The notes under the pieces: model-generated
What the model was told of the DNA's origin: nothing
The model's input: only the letters and a program-made list of their open reading frames with translations
The model's database searches: none
Shown here: in pieces, positions 52,358 to 64,000 of the stretch
Numbering within the stretch: position 1 is the first letter of the stretch
How the letters are laid out: each line of letters begins with the position of its first letter
NCBI GenBank assembly: GCA_010909165.1
Contig: MU008156.1
Span: forward strand, 973,768-1,037,767
Direction: 5' to 3'
DNA: 64,000 nucleotides
Source of the DNA: Anthoceros angustus
Lineage: Eukaryota > Plantae > Anthocerotophyta
Translations under genes and position numbers: made by a program

Positions 52358-52961
52358 CAGCCCCAGGGAGAGAGGTCCTTGTTACAATCATGTTGCAAGA
52401 GGAAGTGGAAGAGTATAAAATGGTTGTGATAGGGGGTCCTTCTCACGGTCATGATGGAGGAGGAGAAGTGAAAGAGTATAAAAGGGTGTGATAAGGGGCA
52501 ATAAATAGCAGGGTGAGGTGAGAGGAGAGAGACCAAGCATTGTGTTAAGATGGGGTGAGAAGGTGGATAAGAAAAGGACACCCAGACACCAAGCCACCAT
52601 AAAGTGTTGCAATTTTGAAGTGGTACATGAAGTGAGAGACCAAGCATTGTGTTAGGATGGTGGAGAAGGAAGAAAGAATGGACCAACTTAACACCAAGCC
52701 ATCAAACCATGTTGCAAGTTGGAAGTGTTACATAAAATTGCAACACGTATCTAAGGGTGGGAAATTATTAAAATGCTTGTGAGAGAGGGGTGTACCGGAA
52801 GGGTGAGGTGGGAAGAGAGTGCGAGTTCGTGTTAAGATGGCTGCACCAAGCAGACAGAACTAACAAACTTAATACCAAGCCTCCAAAACATGTTGCAATG
52901 TGGAAGTGTAACAAAAAATTGCCACATCGACTGTAACATAGGGTGCCCTTTTCTAGTAGGG
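38453..52961. mobile_element. CACTA/CMC-like DNA transposon with 30-bp perfect TIRs (left end duplicated at 45612)
   Basis: TIR CCCTACTAGAAAAGGGCACCCTATGTTACA occurs at 38453-38482 and 45612-45641, and its exact reverse complement at 52932-52961. The 3-bp TSD is ACC (38450-52, 45609-11, 52962-64). Subterminal arrays of ATGTTGCAA/GTGTTACA motifs occur at both ends. No transposase could be recognised. Confidence 0.8.
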
Positions 52962-53255
52962 ACCTCCAGTCTACACGGATTGGCTATAAAGCTGCTTTGT
53001 TCCTCCCCATCGTACAGATCATCGGCTAGTTCGAAACTCATTGCTGCTTCTTCTATATTCCTAGAACTCTCCTCAAACTCTTCTACATCCTACCAAAACT
53101 CATGCATGCATCGGAAGGGACATCATATGCTTTAAGCCAAGAAGCAAAATGGTAACACAAATACTACCTTCAAAAACCTAGCAGCCATGGTGAGCCGGCA
53201 TAGTTCCATAAACAGATCGATAGTGGACTTCATATGCTTAATAGCTTCTGCTTAG

Positions 53256-54786
53256 AACAACGTCTGTGTAAAAAGGGGTTTCTCCTGAAACTCCTTTTTT
53301 GCCTACCAGACGTCAGAACCTTTTGTACTTGAAAAATCCGCTTTTATAATGGGGCTTTTGCTATTTCTCTGCGGACATGTCACCCACAATCTTTTGAATA
53401 ATTGTTTTGATGCACGTTATTTGAGATTATAGATTGCAATGCGTGGCAAAAACCTAAAGTCCCATTCTCGTTCGGCTTTTTCTTTCAAAGCCCGGACCAC
53501 GAGTGCAAACTTATGCGCGCACCCGCTAAGCAGTCTCCAACATCGGCAATCATTGCGGTGTTGACGTCTCACATTTAGAGTTTTTAGGGCTTGCTGTGGT
53601 CAGTGCAAACAACAACCTTTCATTCATATCAGTCAATCCTAAGACTATACTCTACGAGAATTTTACAGGACTTTGTTTCTTAGACATTGGGACAATAATA
53701 TCTTCGTTGACCTGATGCTCTTAATCCACATGGAGTGCGAGCAGAGTGGCATGAGTGCACGCGCAGGTTGGGCCCGCCAAGCGTCTCAAGATTCAAAAGA
53801 TGCAAAGGTTCACTTCTAGTTCAAAGTTTTAACCACTAGAAAAAAGATGAGGGTTAAGTAAAGATAAGAACATATCCACGTTAGGAAGGTGCACAAAAAA
53901 GGTTGAAAACGTCGAAAGGAACCCTTTAAAACAAAAAAAATATCAAAACAAATACAAAAAAATTCAAAACATTATCAAAATTTTAGGGCAAGTGCGTGCA
54001 TTTGCCTCAAAAAACTGGACTTTTTTGTGACTTTTTTAGGGGTTTTTAGGATTTTTTAGACTTTTTGCTCTTTTTTTCTTTGGATGAACCGTCTAGGAAT
54101 GCACTAGGAGGCATGAACCATATGGGTTCATGCTCCTAGGCCCTTCTTGACCTTGGGTGCGTTCCTTGTATGCGCTCCTTGCCCCTTAGTGCGCGCTGAG
54201 CCTACCTGGTGCATGCACTTGTTCACCGGTGGGCCTCTAGCATGTTTGATGATAACCCGGTACTAGGTCACCTTGAAAGAGAATACCGTAAAGGATAAAA
54301 GGGGATAGGGTGTTCTTGACATTAGGGCATAGGATAGATATATGAGAGTGGTCTAGGTGAACCTCCATGATGTCTACTACTTGTTATTTTGTTGGGAGTT
54401 CGGCACATCCTCGGACCTCAAAGGACATGTTTCCCCATTAGAAGATTATTTTTGCGTTCTTTTTGCACGTCGTGCACAAGTTTGCACATAGCGTTGTTTA
54501 GGCGGCGCTATACAAAAACATACAAAACCACACAAAATCAAACTACGGACATGGCGAAATTATGGAACAATGAGGTCACTAGCCCTTCATCACCGACTAA
54601 ATCGCCATGAACACAAGTACAAGGCGTAGTGTAAATGACTCGGAAGTGGTGCGGAGCCGAGAATGCAAAACCGATGGATGAACACCTACAAAACCAACAA
54701 AACCAAACCAACTTAGGTTCCGTGAAATAGGGTTGATTTTTCCAAAACCCCTTTGTGGAGAAACCCCTTTCTACACAGACGGTGTT
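53256..54786. repeat. 30-bp inverted repeat pair ~1.5 kb apart
   Basis: aacaacgtctgtgtaaaaaggggtttctcc (53256-53285) matches the reverse complement of 54757-54786 at 28/30 positions. Confidence 0.55.
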
Positions 54787-54899
54787 TTAGCAAGTCACAA
54801 AAATTAGAAACGATAATTCTCCCCTTAAAAGTTTAAACGCAAGTTTATCACTTGTGAACCACCTACTAATCAGACTTTTCCTATGCTGGTTGTTGACCT

Positions 54900-57800
54900 G
54901 AAAGACGCATTCAACACAATAGTGGAAACCCTATTTTCATAGGAGTTGGATTTGGTATTCACACCACCACCCGATCCTTAGCGATTGCGGAAGTCTCTCT
55001 TGGGTCCACTGGGAGCTTTCAATGAAATATGACCAACCTCGTGGATTCATCACCACAAATGTTGCTTCACAAACTAGTATAAACACCCTGGTTGAGTGCC
55101 TGGAGGCAAACAATAGAAACGTTGAAAGACTCTACAACCAAATCAACGGGCACATCTCTACTATTAACGTTGATGTATAGGACCTGAAGGAGCAGATCTC
55201 TCAGCTTGATTACAAGCTTATGATGGTGTTGAAACCTGAATTGCTTGGTCCATCTACTCTGTGCAAAGGGTCTCACACTCTTGCAACAACCATGTCAAGG
55301 CCGGGTGGCAATAAGAGAGTGCAAGCGGGCGGGACTGGAGGTGTAGTGAATGACTTGAATGGGGACGGAGTGTCCAATAAGAAAACGGAGTGTTGAAGCA
55401 AGTCTAGGGCTGACATGTAGGCTTACTATAAAGTCCCTATCCAGGATCTGGATGAGTTCACTGGTAAGTTCAAGGCTTCCCTAATCTCACTTCATTGTTC
55501 GGTACGTAATCTAATCTTGCGTGATCTTTGCGTGCACGTTGGATAGTGGAGGAGTCACACTTGCACCGAAGGCTGAAGAGGAGGTTGCATCGGGCCATGT
55601 GCAAAATTATAAACCCACTCATTGGAAATTTCAGGCTGGAGCTTGAAGCTACTAAAAGGTTGATTGAGCCTTCCGTGAGGGCGGAAATTGGTGGGCCATG
55701 GAACATGAGTAAAATTATTGATTAAATTATGTCTAAGATGGTTCGTCAACGGAAGTGCAACACGGCTAGAAGTGCAAGGGAGTTCTTGGCTTCTAAAAAA
55801 ATAGGCCAATGGATTCCGGTAAGTTGATGAAGGCTTCAGTTTTGTGGAGAGAATACACCAGATCTGGCCTTGCAGTGGATATTGCGGACATCAAGGTTAT
55901 GGAAGCAATCCTCCACAAACGAGTTGTGGATGATGGCTTCCTTGTAAACCAAATGTTGTCACGTTGCTTGACATACACGGAACTGGCTAGAGAACCTCCT
56001 GTGAGCACAACAAAAGTGGAGGGTATGACCCGGATGATGCAAGCCGATGCTGGTGGAGACTTACCTGCTGGTGGGAATCTGTCCTTTGCTAGCATGTTTT
56101 GCTCTTGAGGGTGGTCCATAGTTTCATGTTATCATGGTTTGTTGTCCGCAATTCTCTTACCATTGCCACCATGTTTTGCTGCTGGTTTCCATTTCAACAT
56201 GCAGGAATGAGTAGAGGAATTGTACTTGGGCACATCACTATTTTTGCATCTGCTAAATGGGCATTTGCGGTTTAAGTGTTGAGTCTACACCCTAATGTAT
56301 TACGGTGTTGTCCATTTTTACCTTTTGCTAGCATGTATTTCTGCTAAACTGGCTTTTCCTGCAATAGAAACTTCTCGAGGGCCTACACTTGGACCACATG
56401 ACACTGCATGTGGATCTTGTCTTGCTGGTGGGGCATCTACCAAACTTTTGCATGCCAAATTTGTCTATGTTCAAAGTGTGTTCTGCTGTTATCAAATCTA
56501 TTGCTTTTGATAGCATGATTTGCTGATGATCTAGGCTATTCCTGATATAGGTACGAGTGGTGGTGCATTTTCTTGAACTGTACACATGAACCCAAGAGTG
56601 GTAAGCCACATACTGTAGACATGGTAACCCACCCGGCCCAGTTTGTATCATAATGTACCTTTTTCTCTGCTTGTTTTCCCGAGTCTGTCAAGCACTTATG
56701 TTGTTTGTTTTGTGCAGAACATTTCGGGGAAGTGCACAGTCGATGGTCTTGGCGTGGAGTGACAAACTGGCATAGTTTTGTAGCGTAGGGCCCTAAACAT
56801 AGTGTGGTGAATCCGGAGTGAAACATGCAGTCAGTGTAGTGCCATACCTAGTTCCCAGGATTTCATAGCATATGCATATGTAAAGCGTGAACCAACATCT
56901 CCGCTCTAGATCTGTGGAGCTCATTGCCCGCTATAATTTGCCCTCCCCTAAACCAATATTAATAAAATAATGAGTATTTATGTATTTTCAATATTTATCG
57001 AGAATATTACCATTTATATTAATTTTAAAATTAAAATGCCAGCTTACGTTACAATGCAACTAGCAACAACAAGCAACAGGGCACAACGTGATTTACAATG
57101 CTCCAAAGTTAAGTAACTCTGGTTAGGTGACCCCGATTAATATACTTTGGTTATCCCAACTCTGGTTTATTAACCGTAGTACAGTACGCCGATTACTCAA
57201 CCCCGGGTTACAGGAACCCATGGTTACCTTAACTAGGGTAAATCTCGTTTTAAAACCCGATGTTAAATCCATTGCATTGCACGTATTTGTACCCGTTGTA
57301 AGGGGCGTTGGACAACGCTTGGATTTACAACATGTTATTCAATAACATGGTAAATGGCATTGTAATTCCCATTGTAAAGGCACCTCCACTCTTATAGTGA
57401 AATTTGCTTAACCGACTGCTTGATACTTGTGTGCTATCGTGTTGAAGTGAAGAGCATTTGACCTACGTAACACAGTTTGTGAGGCATGAATATTTTGTAT
57501 AATAGCTGTTGTACACAGTGTAGGGACAAGAAGGGGGTTTTTGCGTCTGGATAGGATTAGAAAATAATTTCCTAAGGCCTTTGAAATGCGGATCTTTGGA
57601 TGTCTTTTTTGTTGTAATCCGACCTCGAATGGCCGAGAAAACCTTCAAAAACGGAAGACAAGTGCACCCTAGGATAAGTGCACCAACGCACTGCTAGTCA
57701 AGATTTATTTAAAAAAAAAAATCATTTGAAAGGCCCTTAAAATACGGATCTTTGGACATGTTTTTTATTGTAATCCGAACTTGACGCCTGAGAAAACCTT

Positions 57801-60800
57801 GAAAAACGAATTCACACATTTGGGGATAGTCAACCAGCGCTCTTTATTTAGGAGTGCACTCGTCAGCCAGCGCTCTTCTTGCAGGAGTGCGCCCATCGAT
57901 CGACGGACTTTTCTGCGGTGAGCCATATAGCAGCTCATTATGTGGTTTAGTCCCATTCGACTAGCACATCCGCATTCGAGTTTGCATTGGAAAAGGGGCG
58001 ACATTGAGAATTCATCTTCAGGGACTTGCGAAGATAGAAATTATGTTAGGGTTTGAATGTAAGATATTTTTTGATCCCGCAAGGTTGAAAATGTCCGCTA
58101 AACATGGCATTTGTAACCCCATTAAGCTTGTTGCAGCCCTTCCAGCTTGCTGGCGTCTACGTGGATGAAGCCTCCGAAGAAACTGGCGTTTGACATTGAT
58201 ATCGAGCGGATTTGAGATACTACCTAGGGACATACATTCGCTTCCAGCTTCCTCTGATTTACTTACCAAAACCCTTGTCAAAGAGGAATAATTGTATGTA
58301 CGTAACAAGAGGTTAATTGAAGTGTAAATTTAAAAAAGACTAAACATGGTATTCAGTGAAGGGGGTGAATATCCGAACCCCTTAGTTGAAACAAAACCTC
58401 CTTCCACGGATAACACATGGTTCCCAAAACCGTGTTTTTGGATTCGGGTGTCCCATACCATGGACAATGATTCTCTTGAATCGCGGTTGTGAAACAACAA
58501 AACTGTGAAGGAAGGGTCAAGTATGGCTGGCCGGCGCCGTTAGTCCTCAAAAGTAGTTTGTTTTGTGCGATGATCCATTTCCACATTGACAAAAGGCCTA
58601 GTAATAACACAACAAAACTAGGTATGGTAATACATGCCGATTGGAGACCATCCTGTTTTAGGTTCGCCAAAAATTGACCACTAGCAGACAATAGTTCACA
58701 ACTACTGGCGTCTACGTCGGGCTAACTTGTGACTCAACGGTGCTTGACACCGAATCATAAACTACGACGTTCAGTATCCGCTCAAGTTCTTCCTCGCCAA
58801 GTGTCGACTTCAACCAAAGCCCTCGAGTCCTCGTTCCCATCGTGTCTTCATCATTACCATCCCCGGCAGCGTTCTCGAGTGTTTGTTGGCCCTCCAACAA
58901 ATCGCCGATCTGCTCTTATTCAGCACTCAAAGAAACCACTTGTGCTTTCAAGGAGTCCTTCTCGCGATGCAAACCTCCTTTGCCCAGGTAATGCAAGTCT
59001 CTCGGTGGGCTTCAAAATTCAACTCCTCAAGCGCATCTGGAGCACCTCAAATCCATGAATTCTTTGTGAAATATAACTGCACATCTCAAGTCACCTCGAT
59101 GGCGATACAACTCCTTCCTGCAAATGCAGCTGTCATTGTGCGCTCCCGAGCATGCATCCGACCCAATCTCCCTCTTTGGAGAAGGTTGTAATAAGTCTCG
59201 TCATCAACCCTAGTGGTCTACGGTAGGCGGACCACCAACTTGTCATGTGACATGTAAACTGTTTTTGACAAGCGTGTCGTGAGCAATAGCGGACCTTCCA
59301 TTGTTGAATGTTCCATGCATAGCATTTGGTAGCATTGCAATTCTATCCTTTGTGCTCCCATCCTTGGACCCCATCCGATAGTTATGTATTCCGGTCTCAA
59401 ATCCACCCATCATTGTTCATGTTTGTCTTGTCCCATCTGAGCGACACCAAGCCCCTTTCCTGCTCCACTTTCGCATTGATTCTCTAGCGTATGCCTCCTC
59501 CACTCCATGCATCACAATCATCCTCGGTTCATCGCTAGTGGTCTTCTCGGAAAGCTTTGGAAGACAGAATCCATCATTGCTTATCCACCCTCTTGTCCAT
59601 AGGTCCAATGTTAAAACCTCGGGGCACATCCATGACGAGAAGTGTGTCTTGCCTTGAGAAAACCGCATATCTTGTACATCACGACTTTCGATTTGGTATT
59701 GTACGGCTCTACTGATGGGCCTTGAAAACCTCAAGACCTTCCTCCGTGTCCTTGTCCGCTGTCTGCGCTCGTCTTCAAGCCCCTTTCCAATTGTTTATCT
59801 CGAAAATAAAATGCGAAGTCAAATTTGGGAGTTTTATCGACACCGATGTCTTTCAATTGCTGCGACGCGTTAGTCATTACGCTGGAGAGGCGTGGCCCGG
59901 CGGCGCCCTCATTTTCGCGTTGGATTGAAGGCGCGGCGGCCCTAAATATATCTGTGAGTGAGGCGGAAAGCGCTTTCATGAAACATATGCGAGGACGGGG
60001 CGGTGGGCGCCGGCCGGCGCCACGCATCATCCGTCCTTCTCGAAAAAAAACGATCGGACCTTTCCGAGAAGGTTTGGAATCGTGCTAGCATATTGTCCGT
60101 AGAATGTAAAGGATACTCCTCGCGCACCTCTTCAAATGACGAGCGGGATGCTTCACCATTGCTACTTGTATGATATGAAATTTTTTCCAGCAGTGATCTC
60201 TTCCTCCATCCCCTTGGATCTATATCTCACAACACCTTCTCGGTGGCGCTTATCGGTATTCTTGGCCACACTCTCCAAGCTGTATTCCGAAAAGATTTCC
60301 GGGCTTGGCCAACATGTCTCTAGGCAGCGTACACTATCAACTGCTTGGTCATCCACTTGCCTTCCTTTCTTGCTTGTCCGCGAGAACGTGTTTCTTACGT
60401 GCAGAAGCTCTCCTGCTTCCCATTTGGAAAAAATCTTGTCCACATTCTCCACACCTTCCCATCACCTTAGCAATACGGAATGTGGGTCCGATTGTCCACT
60501 TTGTTACCTTGTACACTCGTCCTCCTTCATCGTCTTCAATCAAACCTAGGACTTTATGCAGTTGTATTTCCGGACATGGTCATTTGCACTTCTTCCCTCT
60601 TTGCGATGATCAACTCGTCCCTTAAATACGACTTGCTCTATAAAGTTCATCTTCTTTCTTGATCGGACATCATATTGTGATCTGTTGCAAGCACCGCATC
60701 ATCATGGCCCACAAACATGTGCTTCAACATATTGGAACCGCTTCTTTCCGGGTGAGATATCGATAAGTGCTTCATAGTGCGTGGTGTGGTTACCACCAAG

Positions 60801-63800
60801 AACTCCCATGACATACTTCTTTGCACGCCATTGCTTCGATCCGCACTCGGATCGGACTCTCGGATCAATCATACACAAAGAGGCGAACTCCCTCCTCTAT
60901 CCGCCCTTCGCTATAACACGGGCAAGATAGTTTGCCCAAGCCTCATCAACCTCCGGATCTGCTCGTGAGTAATATCGGCCGGTCTCAAGTTCTCCAACTT
61001 CACTAACACTTTTCCTGCACCACCTTCTTGGGTATAATCCCTTAGCGAGTCAATGGATCGCATCCCTCATAGCCTCTTCCAACCTTTCCTCGTCGGTTTG
61101 AATATGAAGCGTGGTTATGTCCCCTCCATGGCATCTTCTCTTCCACCCTTCTTTGCCTTTTGGTTTTCCTTCCCAATTCTCCGTCCCGTGTGTGCTTTAC
61201 TTCTGCACTTCCCTTGCGCCGCGCCACTCGAGGTCTGATCGTTTGGGGCATGAAGGTTGAGGAGGGCGCCGGCGGCGCGCCTCCTCTTCCTCCCCACATC
61301 CCCTGCATCCGCCATGTCCTTTTCTCCAGGGACCAGAACTGCTGACCCGGTGCCATGCTGCTCTCTTCTGCCCTGTGTGGTGGGAGGATTCAGGGCTGGG
61401 GCGCCGGCCGGCGCCCAAACCACCTGCACCTTCCTTGAATCGTATAAACCAGTCCGGATCTGGCGTTGGCAGCTCTTGGGGAACCTGAAGATGACTAGGG
61501 GCGCCGGCAGGCCGGCGCCCCTGCCGCGCATCCGGGTCATATTGCATGGTGGGAACCATAACGGAAGGAGTCGGAGTTAGAAGATTGGGAAGGTCCTCAG
61601 CATCTCTCCGATTCACTGCCCCGGATCCTTGGCAGATGCGCTTGACAAGCTGGTAAAGCCCATCTTCCTCGTCGATGGGCCAAGCTCACTCTCCTCATGA
61701 TCTTCTTCCACCACATCACCCTTCTGTATGGGCTTGGGCTCGACGCATAGACATTTCCCTCTTGTGGGCCCTCATAGTTTGTGTAATCTTTTCGCAGATA
61801 GCTCGTGAGTGCCCTCGCAACTAGTGGTGCACGGAAGATGGTAGGAAAAACATATCCACAATGTCGTTGACTCTCACATGTGAAGAAGCTGCGAAGGAAT
61901 GCGATTCAGGCAATACTCTGTCTCCTGTCGCATGGAATCGCGGAAATCTTCAACAAGGCCACGAGGTGCACACTTCTTCCAGTGAAACCCTTTCGTGCTA
62001 AGAACAAGAGACTTGTATAAGCGGATCCCGGAAACTTCCTCATCTTGGTATGCCTTTGTGGTGCACAAAAAGTGAACTCGCTCGCCTTCATTGAAGTCCA
62101 AAGTAGCCCAAACAACCCACCGCTCTTGCTCTCGATTTGGCGAGCCCCCTATATCCCATGATCCACAACTTCAACAAAGGGTCCATGGCGCATTGTGTGA
62201 GGTCATGGATCTGCACAAGCATCGTCCTTCTCCACAACCACAACATTGTCGAGCTGCCCGGATACGCGATATGGAGTCTCCTCATAGTATGGTGGAATCG
62301 GATGGAATAGGTTGTTTCCGCTCTTACCAACCTTCTTCGTCCCTTGCTCTCCAGAACCTTTGTGGAACTGATTTTGGCGAGATGATGCTGCGATTTTGCT
62401 TGCCCCAAGAATGCCCCCCCCTCCTTGGAGCATGGCCGGATGGCAAGATGTCTCCAACCGGCACGGATGGAGGTGCCTCCGATGTCCGCCGTGGGCGCGG
62501 TGCTCGCCTTTGAGCTTCCTCGGCCTTCTTGAGCCCCCGCATGGCGGCGGGTCATATTCCTCCAAAGGCTGGTCCTTCTTGCTCCTCCTGCCGCTTGCCA
62601 TCTTGATCTCTGCAATTCAAGGCAACCCCACTCCGTAATCACAAAGAGATGCACAAACAGCCAGTGACGCTAACTCACTGCTCGAAGATCCGCCTCTCAA
62701 GAGCTTGGCGCCACTTTGCACGCTTGCGCTGTCCACGGCAAAGTTGCGCTCAACTGAGCTTGCGGCGGTCTAGGCGGGCGGAGCGGCGGTGTGGCGCCTC
62801 ACTCCCGGCATGCGGCGATCACGGTGGTGGTGCGCTCGGCAGCGACAGCGGCGGTCAGGTGAGGTGTTGCGCTCGAAATCACGTGAACTTCTTTGGCAAA
62901 CCGGTAGCCCTTAAGTTCACAAGAGGAGGCCTTAACGAGCTGGCGGCGTAGTTTTCTTCCATAACCCCAAATGGTTTTCATAAGTGTTTCTCTAAAATAA
63001 CCGCTACCTTAAACTCAATTTTGACCGAGCTTACTATTTTAGGATGGCCGCCATCAACTTTTCGCCGGTGGCTGCTGCAATTATGCTTGGATTTTCCGTT
63101 ACAATCCTGCACGCCATCAACCACTTCATTGTCCGCTTATTTGAGGCAATCCCATCAACCTCTTAGGCGGTGGCACTCGGGGATGCGAGGGCCGTCCGGC
63201 GCCATATAGCAAAGCCCGGGGAGGAGGCTTCGATGTCGCTAGCCACTACGGTGCTCGCAAAGTCTTGTGCTTTCCTTCCTTGCGCATTCGATAAGTGCGT
63301 GCGATGTTGCATTTGGCCTGCGCTGGAGATGAGGTTGGTCTTGTTTCGCCATTGTCTTTTCCCGCATACCATACGTCTGATGCAACTTGTGACCATGCAT
63401 GCGCGGAGGTTCAAGTGGAGGACCGGGCCCTCGCAATTCCAAAGAAATGGAGACATGGTCCGCAGGAGGAAGAGGCTCGCTATCTTGAACGCTCCTCCAA
63501 GTTCACATATTCGGTGCAATACCCGCGAGTCCTTGTGGCGGGACTTTCTTGATAGCCCGGCCGGTAGCGCACAATCCGTGTCGTTGTAGGAAGAAGTCCG
63601 TTCCCAAAGGGAATGATAGGCCGTTTACGCGTTTGGTGATTCTTCCTAGCGCTCGTTCGGTCTCAACTCACACATACTCCTAACTACTCACAGCGTTCAC
63701 CGTCTGGCCGGTATGGCCAAGCGTTTAAGGACCCGTTCCGTCGTATCGTTCACATACATCCCTCACGCATCCGTCCTTTCCTCTCTCCCCTCACGCTACA

Positions 63801-64000
63801 CTCTTGGTCTTAGAAAAACGCAGTTCTGTGATCGGACCTCCGTCGTTCGCGGGCCTCTCGTCCGGGCTCTACACCCTCCGGTTCCTCGGCTCACGCGTTC
63901 GATCCGTTCGGTGCGGACGCGGCTCGGGGCGAGCACGGTCACCTCACCCTTCCACGCACACCACGCGTTAAGTCGTCACGGGACCTTGATCAATCTCCCG
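54900..64000. other. Decayed, probably transposon-derived sequence with no identifiable intact gene
   Basis: Only short broken ORFs, no coherent exon chain, and TG/CA-rich composition. One weak Ulp1-like motif (LNVVVYDSV, ~58760-58800, minus strand). Confidence 0.4.
57585..57810. repeat. Degenerate ~70-bp direct repeat pair
   Basis: cggatctttgga...ttgtaatccga...gagaaaacctt(c/g)aaaaacg occurs at ~57587-57655 and ~57745-57808. Confidence 0.6.

Noticed and set aside
54030-54060. Telomere-like TTTTAGGG tract
   Set aside because: Only 1-2 degenerate units occur, within T-rich low-complexity sequence.

Overview
Eukaryotic nuclear DNA from a compact-genome, probably non-seed land plant. The roughly 80-130 nt introns and tight spacing suggest a hornwort or lycophyte, but the species cannot be proven from sequence alone. 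The first ~36 kb are gene-dense. In order they hold cytochrome b561 (-), SDH2 (+), a 13-exon cyanobacterial-type LptF/LptG permease with a probable plastid transit peptide (-), RRP9/U3-55K (+), gamma-tubulin (+), a caprin-like RGG protein with a U12-type intron (+), EXO84 (-), a SAM methyltransferase (+), and three tandem signal-peptide-bearing 11S/glutelin-like bicupins (+). An F-box pseudogene and an internally deleted Copia fragment interrupt the cupin array. From ~37 kb the window is transposon-derived. It contains a CACTA/CMC-like element with perfect 30-bp CCCTA-ended TIRs and a 3-bp TSD. A 7.2-kb block containing its left end is tandemly duplicated between 17-bp microhomologies, and decayed repeats follow. 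Several 1-nt frameshifts in G-runs look like long-read assembly errors. The top leads are the plant LptF/G permease and a structurally covarying 3'-UTR RNA element shared by the cupin genes.
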